From a virus (lineage: Duplodnaviria; Caudoviricetes): a stretch of DNA of 64,000 nucleotides. The notes beneath the pieces were generated by a model, which saw only the letters and a list, made by a program, of their open reading frames with translations, made no database searches and was not told the origin of the DNA. Location of the stretch: IMG/VR virus record IMGVR_UViG_3300037067_018293, positions 1-64,000 of that record, one strand, 5' to 3'. The position numbers were made by a program, and so were the translations under genes. Below, piece after piece: positions 47,914 to 55,647 of this stretch. Each line of letters starts with the position of its first letter. Position 1 is the first letter of the stretch.

Positions 47914-49359
47914 ATGCCGGAGCCCAGCATGCTGTACTATGGTGACAACCTCGACGTAATGCGGCGTCATGTGCGTGATGAGTCGGTTGACCTGGTTTAC
48001 CTAGATCCACCGTTCAACAGCAAAGCGACGTACAACGTGCTGTTTGAGGAGCAGGACGGCACTGGAGCTACGGCACAGATTAAGGCATTTGGGGACTCAT
48101 GGCATTGGGATATGGCGGCGGCGGAACTTTTCCAGGAGACCGTTGAGGCCGGAGGAAAGACGGCAGACGCGCTCTTAGCTTTTCAAAAGCTCCTTGGGCA
48201 TAACGACATGCTGGCGTACTTGACCATGATGGCGCCACGCTTAGTAGAGTGTCGTCGCGTCTTGAAACCAACTGGATCCATATATCTTCACTGCGACCCG
48301 ACCGCAAGCCACTACCTGAAAATCTTGATGGACGCAATTTTCGGTGCCAGGCATTACCTTAACGAAATCGTATGGCATTATTCACTCGGTGGTGTGGGGA
48401 AGCGTTTTTATGGACGCAAACACGATGTTCTTCTTTTCTACTCGAAGGGCAAGAAGTACAAGTTCTACCCTGAGCGTGTCATGGTCCAGCGCACAGAGGA
48501 AGTGTTGCGACGGCTTGGTACTGGTAAGGCGAGCGCCACTCGTGCCACGAGTGAGGAAAAGCTCCCGGTAGATGTTTGGGAAATCCAAGCACTCAACGCC
48601 ATGGCGAAGGAGCGGCTCGGCTACCCAACACAGAAACCAGAAGCCCTTCTGGAGAAGGTCGTGTTGGCCAGTAGTGATGAAGGCGATGTCGTGATGGATC
48701 CGTTTTGCGGGTGCGGCACCACCGTGGTGGTGGCAGAGAAACTCAAGCGTCGCTGGATCGGTATTGACGTCACGTTCCTGGCCGTCAACCTTATGAAGAC
48801 TCGGTTGAAGGACAAGTTTTCCGGTCGGGTAGATTATCGCGTTATCGGTGAGCCTACTACGCTAGAGGATGCCCATGCTCTGGCACGGCAGGACAAATAC
48901 CAGTTTCAATGGTGGGCACTCGGACTCCTCGGGGCTCGCCCCTCTGCTGGAGACGAGCGCAAAGGAGCGGACGCTGGAATTGACGGCAAACTGTTCTTCC
49001 ACGATGAGGGCAAGGGAGGAAAGACCAAGAGTATCGTTTTCTCGGTCAAGGGCGGGCAGCGTGTCAAAGTCAGTGAGGTGCGGGATCTTCGGGGGGTGGT
49101 GGAACGAGAAGATGCCCAAATCGGTGTGCTGGTATCTATCGCATCGCCAACGTCAGACATGAGGAAGGAAGCGGCTTCAGCAGGTTTTTACAAAACACCG
49201 TTTGGAAAATTCCCTCGAATACAACTTCTCACCATAGAGGAAATTCTCTCCGGCAAAGGTGTTCAATACCCAGGACGAGGGCAAAGCAATTCTACATTCC
49301 GAAAAGCCAGGCGGGAGGCTTCGCTCTGGGATACCTTGGATTGGACTGAAAAGGATTAG
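47914..49359 (+). CDS. N4/N6 DNA methyltransferase fused to a C-terminal Mrr-like restriction endonuclease domain
   Basis: LYYGDNL, YLDPPFNS, YPTQKPEALL, DPFCGCGTT; C-terminal GADAGIDG...SVKGG. GAGGAG RBS before ATG 47914. Confidence 0.9.
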   Translation: MPEPSMLYYGDNLDVMRRHVRDESVDLVYLDPPFNSKATYNVLFEEQDGTGATAQIKAFGDSWHWDMAAAELFQETVEAGGKTADALLAFQKLLGHNDMLAYLTMMAPRLVECRRVLKPTGSIYLHCDPTASHYLKILMDAIFGARHYLNEIVWHYSLGGVGKRFYGRKHDVLLFYSKGKKYKFYPERVMVQRTEEVLRRLGTGKASATRATSEEKLPVDVWEIQALNAMAKERLGYPTQKPEALLEKVVLASSDEGDVVMDPFCGCGTTVVVAEKLKRRWIGIDVTFLAVNLMKTRLKDKFSGRVDYRVIGEPTTLEDAHALARQDKYQFQWWALGLLGARPSAGDERKGADAGIDGKLFFHDEGKGGKTKSIVFSVKGGQRVKVSEVRDLRGVVEREDAQIGVLVSIASPTSDMRKEAASAGFYKTPFGKFPRIQLLTIEEILSGKGVQYPGRGQSNSTFRKARREASLWDTLDWTEKD

Positions 49360-49406
49360 GTAGTTTGGTTTTTGTGTCTGCCGGCGAGAAGTAATGTACG
49401 AAAAAA

Positions 49407-52172
49407 TTACTTCCCAACTTTCATTACGTTGCCGGAACCCGTTATCCAATAAACATCCGTTGCGTCGACAGCAATATTCGTAGGGCTCGTTTGACCAGTA
49501 ACGATATTTAATAGAGATGATCCGGTCTTGGTGGACGTACTGATCGTTCCTCCCGTGGAGGTACTCCAAAATACCTGCGTAGCATCAACCGTGATTCCGT
49601 AAGGAGTATTTTGACCCGAAACGATATTCGTGATGGCACCGCCTCCTATCGGAATTTTCGAGACAGTACCACCGTTGTAGTTTGCGAAAAACAAATTCGT
49701 TGAATCTGCAGCCAAGCTCCACGGCAAATTAGCGGAGTTTGCCAGATCACCGGTTGTGCCGCCCGAAGTTGAAACTCGACGTATATCCGGACCAGCGATG
49801 AAATAGACGTAGGAACCAGAAACCGAAATATCCTGTAGCCCATTTTGCCCTGAAGACAATATCGTGATGGTGCCACCAGTCTTGCTGATCTTATTGACCG
49901 TATCGGTACTCCTGTCCAACCAATATAAATAGAGCCCGTCTTGCGTAATTGCTGTTGGACCACCCAGACCTTCCGCTACAGGCGTAGGGGAGCCGCCGCC
50001 AACCGGAACCTTCACAATAGATCCAGTGCCGACGGTTGGAAAATTATTATTGGTCCAATATACGTAAGAAGTGTCGAGCGCGAGGCCATAGGGACTTTGG
50101 CCTGTAGCCAAATCCGTTACACTGCCCCCGCCTTTGGGTACTTTCCTTACGCTACCAGCTCCGGCGCTGAGAAAATACACGCTGGTAGAATCTACCGCGA
50201 TTCGCCACGGGGAATTTTGTCCTGTCGCGAGAGTCATGAGACATTTACCTCTTGTATCGCACGTGCCGTTTGCACCGCAGTCACCGCAGTCAGCCCCTAT
50301 GTGCGGTGATGGTCCACACTGCACCGTCAGGCAGTCATCGATGCACTGTCCTGACGTGTTGCACCAGTCCGTGGCTCCGAGACATAACCCACAATTGAAA
50401 TGCCCGTTCGGTGAAGAGCCGCATTCGAGACCAGCGCAGTCATCAACACACTGCCCTGTCGAGGTGCACCAGTCTGTTGCACCAGAGCACAGGCCACACG
50501 AAACGCCCAGGTGAGGTGAGCTGCCACAAACTCGTCCTAAGCAGTCATCAACGCAGTTTCCTGAAGCATCACACCAGTCCGTGGTGTTGGGACAGGACCC
50601 ACAATAAAATCCTCCGATGGGAGATGAACCACATTCTCGTCCTAAACAGTCGTCTATACACTGATTAGAAGAAGAACAGTATTCTGTTGTGCCTAAGCAA
50701 TCTCCGCAATCAAAGCCCATCACGGGAGAAGATCCACACTCAATACCCGCGCAATCGTTGACGCAAAGATGAGCTGAATTACACCACTCCGTTGATCCCG
50801 AACATCCTCCACAATCAAAACCAAGAGGAGATGTACCGCACCTTCCCAAACAATCATCAACGCATTGATTATTGAGATCACAGTATTCGGTCAGACCAAC
50901 GCACGTACCACAATTTGCTCCAATGGTAGGTGACGAACCGCATTCCAGATCCTCGCAGTCGTCGGCACACACAAATCCATCGGTACAATAAGCTCCGGCT
51001 CCGAGACATGTCCCACACAATAGCCCCGCTAAATAACCTTCACCACACAAGCGTCCCTGACATGGGCTCGCAACAAGTGTTGCATTACAGTCAGAAACGT
51101 CACCCGTAAGTGTCGCGGTAGCGTAGGCTACTTGTGCGCTGTCTTGGCGACCATCGACATTGACGTTAATCGTTAGGGTCGGGTATCCAAGCTCAACGGG
51201 TGTACAGATACCAATTACATAGTTTGAACGAGAGATATTTTCTACACTACCGGCGACGGATCCGAACGCCGTCACCAACGCTGCCGAGTTATCCGCTATA
51301 ACAAAATACTCTTCCTTTGACGCAAGTTCTCTGAGTTTTTCCTCATCGTAAGCACCACGAATCCCAATCGAGAAGATGCTGACTCCGGCGGTTTCGACAG
51401 CACTGGTCTTTGCATTAAGCGCCTGGGTCCGCATTAACTCTTCATCCCCAGCTTCATGCGTTCCATCCGTCAGGATGACGACAGTCCGTTCAACCATATC
51501 GTAATCTATGGCGGCTGCCTTGACCGTATCGATGGCATATATGTACGCGCCGTACAGATTGGTCGTTCCGAGGCTCTGAGACGTGCGGAGATTGTCTAGC
51601 GTAGCAAATAATACTTGCGCATCATCGGTAAAGCCTAGAATCGTTTGAATCGCATCTGTCCTTCCAAATATTACGATGGCGACACGATGCCGTTGTGCAT
51701 CAGGTGCTTCGACAACTAACTTTTGCACGAATGCTTCGGCACCACTGATCATATTATCTACCGCACCGCCGTTCACAATCGAGTCCGACATGTCTAATGC
51801 TAAAACAGAATAGAATTCAAAATTCTCGGGATTGGTGGGAGCTGATGCACTGCCGCCTTCCCCACCAGATCCAAATGGTTCTCCTTTTTCGTCATTGATA
51901 ACTGTAACGTCTGCCGCAGTTAGTTGACGAACTGGGTAACCATCACAATCAAGCACACGAAATATGACACGGACCGCCGCAGGTGAATACACACTATGTG
52001 TGACGCGATCGATATTTATGCAATCAGCAGATGAGTTATTATTAAGATTGTTCTCGTTGGTGTTTTCGTTTGTGTCCACATCACTGGACGGACCACAACA
52101 CGTAAATAAAAATAATAAACCAGCAAAGAAATAATGTGGAGGGCATAGAAATTGGTTTTGTGCTTTGTTCAT
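49407..52172 (-). CDS. Lipoprotein with vWA domain, Cys-rich repeats and beta-propeller repeats
   Basis: Lipobox-like LFTCC; vWA LALDMSDS...ILTDG; ~39-aa C..G..CG.SP..G..CG.C repeats; xDxxxVYW repeats. Confidence 0.85.
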   Translation of the reverse strand: MNKAQNQFLCPPHYFFAGLLFLFTCCGPSSDVDTNENTNENNLNNNSSADCINIDRVTHSVYSPAAVRVIFRVLDCDGYPVRQLTAADVTVINDEKGEPFGSGGEGGSASAPTNPENFEFYSVLALDMSDSIVNGGAVDNMISGAEAFVQKLVVEAPDAQRHRVAIVIFGRTDAIQTILGFTDDAQVLFATLDNLRTSQSLGTTNLYGAYIYAIDTVKAAAIDYDMVERTVVILTDGTHEAGDEELMRTQALNAKTSAVETAGVSIFSIGIRGAYDEEKLRELASKEEYFVIADNSAALVTAFGSVAGSVENISRSNYVIGICTPVELGYPTLTINVNVDGRQDSAQVAYATATLTGDVSDCNATLVASPCQGRLCGEGYLAGLLCGTCLGAGAYCTDGFVCADDCEDLECGSSPTIGANCGTCVGLTEYCDLNNQCVDDCLGRCGTSPLGFDCGGCSGSTEWCNSAHLCVNDCAGIECGSSPVMGFDCGDCLGTTEYCSSSNQCIDDCLGRECGSSPIGGFYCGSCPNTTDWCDASGNCVDDCLGRVCGSSPHLGVSCGLCSGATDWCTSTGQCVDDCAGLECGSSPNGHFNCGLCLGATDWCNTSGQCIDDCLTVQCGPSPHIGADCGDCGANGTCDTRGKCLMTLATGQNSPWRIAVDSTSVYFLSAGAGSVRKVPKGGGSVTDLATGQSPYGLALDTSYVYWTNNNFPTVGTGSIVKVPVGGGSPTPVAEGLGGPTAITQDGLYLYWLDRSTDTVNKISKTGGTITILSSGQNGLQDISVSGSYVYFIAGPDIRRVSTSGGTTGDLANSANLPWSLAADSTNLFFANYNGGTVSKIPIGGGAITNIVSGQNTPYGITVDATQVFWSTSTGGTISTSTKTGSSLLNIVTGQTSPTNIAVDATDVYWITGSGNVMKVGK
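50230..51070 (-). repeat. Cys-rich ~117-bp coding tandem repeats
   Basis: About seven DDC.G..CG.SP...CG.C.G.T.WC units in the translation. Confidence 0.75.
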
Positions 52173-52387
52173 ATCACACCTGCTGATTGCCGATTTAGCA
52201 ACAGGCTGATAACAGCACAAAAATCACAAATTCTCAAGCGATTAAAAATGGTGGGCAAATCACCCCTAACCTAATAAATATTAACCTATTTACGCTACTT
52301 GTGGCAACGCGGTCCCAGCGTTTGCCTCGCCGTCCAGAGACCCGCCCAGGATCCCAGCATCTACTCGTGGACAAAGACTCAGGTGGT

Positions 52388-52738
52388 TTACTCAACCAGC
52401 CGCAGCGTAGGGCACGATGCGTCCTTCACCACCACGGGTGCAGCGTCCTCGGCGGCAGTGGGATCGTCCTCCAGATCGGGCAAGTAGCCGCAGTGCGGAC
52501 AAGCGCCAGCACGGTAGCGACCACCCAGCAGGTCATCGATGGGCGTGTCGGCCAGGCGCGCGACGCGAAACGCCAACGTCGGGGTAACGGCGCGACCGCG
52601 AGCGTTCGCGATCTTTTCCAGGGAGTCCGGGCCGTAGTGCAGCGCCGCCGCCAACGGGATCCATCCTCCAGTTTCCCGTCGAAGGTAATGGAGCGTGGCG
52701 CGAACTCGCTGTTGCTCTTCTTTCGTGAGGTCCGACAT
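52388..52738 (-). CDS. HTH-type transcriptional regulator with C-terminal CPHC
   Basis: MSDLTKEEQ...LAAALHYGPDSLEKIAN...TPTLAFRVARLA..IDDLL; GAGGT RBS. Confidence 0.6.
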   Translation of the reverse strand: MSDLTKEEQQRVRATLHYLRRETGGWIPLAAALHYGPDSLEKIANARGRAVTPTLAFRVARLADTPIDDLLGGRYRAGACPHCGYLPDLEDDPTAAEDAAPVVVKDASCPTLRLVE

Positions 52739-52740
52739 CG

Positions 52741-54021
52741 TTACCTCGAAAACTCGACCGACGCGGGCACCGGAGCATCGGCGTCGATCCCAAACTCCGT
52801 GATGGCGTGGACGATGCACGCGAGGTTGTGGCACAGCACCTTGCACAGCACTTCGTTGACCTGAGCGGTCTGGGATTTTGATCGGACGGCGCTGCCGAAC
52901 TTGGACTTGATCATCCACATGGTGGTCTCGACGTTGCTGCGGCGATGGTAGTGGGAAAGGAAATCCTCGCTCCGCAGAGAGAAATGCGCCCACATGCGAC
53001 GCCAGTGTGGCGAACTGCTGATCGCCAGGCTGTTGGACTTGAACGGGATGAACGGCACGGCCCCCACGGCCTCGATGGCCGCGAGATTCTTCTTGGAGAG
53101 GTACGCCTTGTCGGCCGACACTTCCTTGACGTTGAATTTCCGCACCGTCTTGTTGAGTAGCTCGGGCAGCACGGGGCAATCGCCTTCAGCAGATACCTTG
53201 GCGCTCGTCACGACGTTCGTGGCGGTGCCGATCATGACGTGCAGCTTGACCCACGCGTGCTTGGCCTTGAGCTTCCCGTGTTTCTGATCGAACCAGCGAT
53301 CATAAGTCACGGTGGAGAACCCGGTTGAATCCTGAGCGAACTGTCCCGCGACGTTCTCGACTTCGGCCAGGGGCGCGGCGCTCTCCTCAATCAGCCTCGT
53401 CAGGATCTTGGTGGTGTCATCATGCTCCAGAGTCCGGAAAATGGAGTTGTAGTGCGGCGCCTTGTCCAGCAGGCCCCGCTCAGCACAGTCACGAATGTCC
53501 GTGGAGGCCCGGCGCCCCGACATCGTGGTGTAGATCTTCATGACGGCCGAGAAGACCTTGTCGCGGAGCCGTAGGGGTGGACGTCCGGCGCCGGGCTTGC
53601 GCTGGGGCTCCTCAATGCCCTCACACAGCGACTTCAGCAGTAGGGCCACACGGGCCTTCTCGGTCGTCTGGGCGGCGTTGTAGGCGGGCCAGTTCTGTGG
53701 GTACGCCTTGCGCTTGGTGGGCTCCTTGGGCGCCTCCGTGGGGTTCACGGTCCCCTCCCACGCGAGCCAGAACCAGACCGCCTCCTGGTGCTTGCAGCGC
53801 AGGCACCGTAGCTCGTAGTCGGGGCACGTACAGGTCTCGTCCACCAGGTCCACGACGTACGTGGAGGCCACACCACCGGGCGTCTGGGACGGCACCACGT
53901 ACTTGGCCCCAACCTTCCGGATGCCCCCCTGTGCCGCGATCTGGCGTCCCCGCTCCTCTCGGGTGGTCGTGAGGGGCTGGAACTCGGTGACCATGGTGTC
54001 GGACTGAAGTGCATGTTCCAT
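52741..54021 (-). CDS. IS5-family (IS903-like) DDE transposase with N-terminal SWIM-type zinc finger
   Basis: CTCPD...CKH (SWIM); QDSTGF, KHG...WVKLH, SADKAY, YHRRSNVETTM..IK.KFG. Confidence 0.88.
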   Translation of the reverse strand: MEHALQSDTMVTEFQPLTTTREERGRQIAAQGGIRKVGAKYVVPSQTPGGVASTYVVDLVDETCTCPDYELRCLRCKHQEAVWFWLAWEGTVNPTEAPKEPTKRKAYPQNWPAYNAAQTTEKARVALLLKSLCEGIEEPQRKPGAGRPPLRLRDKVFSAVMKIYTTMSGRRASTDIRDCAERGLLDKAPHYNSIFRTLEHDDTTKILTRLIEESAAPLAEVENVAGQFAQDSTGFSTVTYDRWFDQKHGKLKAKHAWVKLHVMIGTATNVVTSAKVSAEGDCPVLPELLNKTVRKFNVKEVSADKAYLSKKNLAAIEAVGAVPFIPFKSNSLAISSSPHWRRMWAHFSLRSEDFLSHYHRRSNVETTMWMIKSKFGSAVRSKSQTAQVNEVLCKVLCHNLACIVHAITEFGIDADAPVPASVEFSR

Positions 54022-54042
54022 GTTGGTGCTCTCTTGATTCTG

Positions 54043-54110
54043 TTGTACCCCATTAGGCCCACACTGTCAAGTCGTAATGTGGTTGACTTGTGGTTTTGTT
54101 GGGATACACT
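54043..54110. promoter_or_regulatory. Divergent overlapping promoters (tnp / RHH gene) with CCACA-N14-TGTGG inverted repeat
   Basis: Minus strand TTGACA-N17-TACAAC; plus strand TTGACT-N16-TACACT; inverted repeat at 54059-54082. Confidence 0.6.
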
Positions 54111-54116
54111 AGCGGC

Positions 54117-54302
54117 ATGACGAACCAAGAGAAGAAGCGGCGAAAGCCAGAAAACATTAGGAAAACTGAGTACCTGCGGGTGCGGGTCTCGGAGGAACAG
54201 AAGGACGTGATGCAGAGGGCTGCCAACCAGGCCGGGATCACCTTGTCGGCCTGGGCGGTGGAACGCTTACTCCGCACCGCTCGGGAGGAAGTGCCGAATT
54301 AG
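54117..54302 (+). CDS. Ribbon-helix-helix (DUF1778/MobC-like) DNA-binding protein
   Basis: YLRVRVSEEQKDVMQRAANQAGITLSAW. Confidence 0.75.
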   Translation: MTNQEKKRRKPENIRKTEYLRVRVSEEQKDVMQRAANQAGITLSAWAVERLLRTAREEVPN

Positions 54303-54417
54303 AAAGCGATTCTCGTAACTTGGCGTATACATGAGAAAACCATTGACTTTCGGCCGTGTCGTGCTAGGTTGATGATGTTTCATCGAGGTGATGTAGACAG
54401 GAAAAAAGCTAAAGAAT

Positions 54418-54501
54418 TGGGCGCGGCGGGACTTGAACCCGCATTGGTGCTACCCAGCCGGATTGCAGATCCGGTGCGTTTACCAGTTTCGCCACACGCC
54501 C
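54418..54501 (-). tRNA. tRNA with Leu-type long-variable-arm body and atypical anticodon loop (UCUGCAA; UGC in standard register)
   Basis: Acceptor GGGCGTG/CGCGCCC+A73, D-arm GCGAAACTGGTAAACGC, stem CCGGA/TCCGG, variable hairpin, T-arm GCGGG-TTCAAGT-CCCGC; no encoded CCA. Confidence 0.8.
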
Positions 54502-54505
54502 GATA

Positions 54506-54576
54506 TGGTGGAGATGTCGGGAGTCGAACCCGAAGGTCACGGATTTAAAGGCCAGACCTGCGACCCTGCCATCCCC
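54506..54576 (-). tRNA. Degenerate tRNA-like gene with encoded CCA
   Basis: Acceptor GGGGATG/CATCTCC-A-CCA and T-arm TCGGG-TTCGACT-CCCGA are clear; D and anticodon arms are weak (loop CTTTAAA). Confidence 0.55.
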
Positions 54577-54634
54577 GATTTTCTAGAGACCCCCGTTGTT
54601 TGCAGCAGCGGGGGTTTCGCTTGTTAAGTGTTGA

Positions 54635-54991
54635 TTATTCGTTCTCCTCCCTGATTGTCTCCCACAATTTGGCGCCAACTTTCTGGACGAGGCCACGCTT
54701 TGCTGCACGAGATAACCATGACGACACGTTTAGTGGATCAACATCATAGCCTTGCTTCTCAAGTTGCTCCTGCAAACCATTTCTCGTGAAAGGAGACGAC
54801 GCCGCGTGCACTAATGTCGTGGCAGCTTCAGTCCAAGGCTGTTTCTGGTCGGCATCTTGCTTAGGTGCTGGTGGTGTCACTGGAATCTTCGCGACCAAAA
54901 TCTTGTAGGTCTCTCGAAGGTGATTCAGTTCACCTTCTCGTGTAAGGATCTCTTCAGCCAGCATTTTGATCAAGTCGTGTGGATTGGACAT
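54635..54991 (-). CDS. Small coiled-coil plus winged-HTH-like protein
   Basis: MSNPHDLIKMLAEE...VSSWLSRAAKRGLVQKVG..LW. Confidence 0.6.
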   Translation of the reverse strand: MSNPHDLIKMLAEEILTREGELNHLRETYKILVAKIPVTPPAPKQDADQKQPWTEAATTLVHAASSPFTRNGLQEQLEKQGYDVDPLNVSSWLSRAAKRGLVQKVGAKLWETIREENE

Positions 54992-55133
54992 TGGCAACCT
55001 CATTACCGTAGTTCTAACGGTAAGGTGGACCAATGGCGTCGTCAAGTTCGAAAGTTGTCTCGTGCAAATATTTCTTTGCACGCGACATGTCGCTGCGTTG
55101 TCAGGTATCCCAATAAATATCGTGCATAACCAG

Positions 55134-55240
55134 GAATGTATTGACATTACAAGACGTTGACTGCAGTCATGTTTCACGTCTAATCTATTTTGAGGCAGGC
55201 GACAGAATTTTGGGGCAGGAGGACATTTTGGGGCAAGGCC
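55134..55240. repeat. Transposon right end C
   Basis: GAATGTATTGACAT ... TATTTTGAGGCAG..GAATTTTGGGGCA..ATTTTGGGGCAAGGCC. Confidence 0.85.
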
Positions 55241-55341
55241 CCCTGTGCCGCGATCTGGCGTCCCCGCTCCTCTCGGGTGGTCGTGAGGGGCTGGAACTCG
55301 GTGACCACGGTGTCGGACGGCAGGGAATTCGTGTTGGCCAT
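55241..55341 (-). pseudogene. Truncated 5' fragment (~33 codons) of a second SWIM-DDE transposase gene
   Basis: Near-identical to ~53927-54021 and its promoter; cut exactly at right end C. Confidence 0.85.
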
Positions 55342-55430
55342 GTTGGTGCTCTCTTGATTCTGTTGTACCCCAATAGGCCCACATTGTCAAGCAAAATGTG
55401 GTTGACAGCGTAGTTTTTTCGGGGTACATT

Positions 55431-55637
55431 ATGTCCATGGATACGAAACCAATCCAGCGTCGTAAGTCTGCGGAAAAAAGAAAAGAAAAGTTTCTGCGGG
55501 TACGGGTGTCAGATCAACAGAAGGAACTGATCGACACCGCCGCCAATTTGGCGGGCATTACGGTTTCGGCTTGGGTGTTGGAGCGACTACTTCAGATCGC
55601 GAGGAAGGAAGTGGCGGCGAGGACTCGCCCGCCCTAG
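55431..55637 (+). CDS. Ribbon-helix-helix protein, paralog of 54117-54302
   Basis: FLRVRVSDQQKELIDTAANLAGITVSAW; same divergent promoter layout (CCACAT...ATGTGG at 55379-55401). Confidence 0.75.
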   Translation: MSMDTKPIQRRKSAEKRKEKFLRVRVSDQQKELIDTAANLAGITVSAWVLERLLQIARKEVAARTRPP

Positions 55638-55647
55638 AGGAAGACCA

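Larger units (their letters stand above)
39488..55240. mobile_element. Nested 15.75-kb element with the same TIR family
   Basis: Left end B (39488) is near-identical to end A; right end C (55240) is near-identical to end D. Flanks differ (CTCTGCGCC vs CCCTGTGCC). Confidence 0.7.

Noticed and set aside
52739-53179. N-terminal extension of ORF 52388-53179
   Set aside because: Off-frame overlap with the transposase; the real HTH gene starts at 52738 with its own RBS.
39479-55249. CTCTGCGCC / CCCTGTGCC as a mutated TSD of the inner element
   Set aside because: Each 9-mer matches its own native context elsewhere (second DUF2188 copy; intact transposase), so they are two different targets.
54992-55438. 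N-terminal half of the 267-aa ORF 54635-55438
   Set aside because: It crosses right end C, the truncated transposase and the promoter; the real gene likely starts at ATG 54991.
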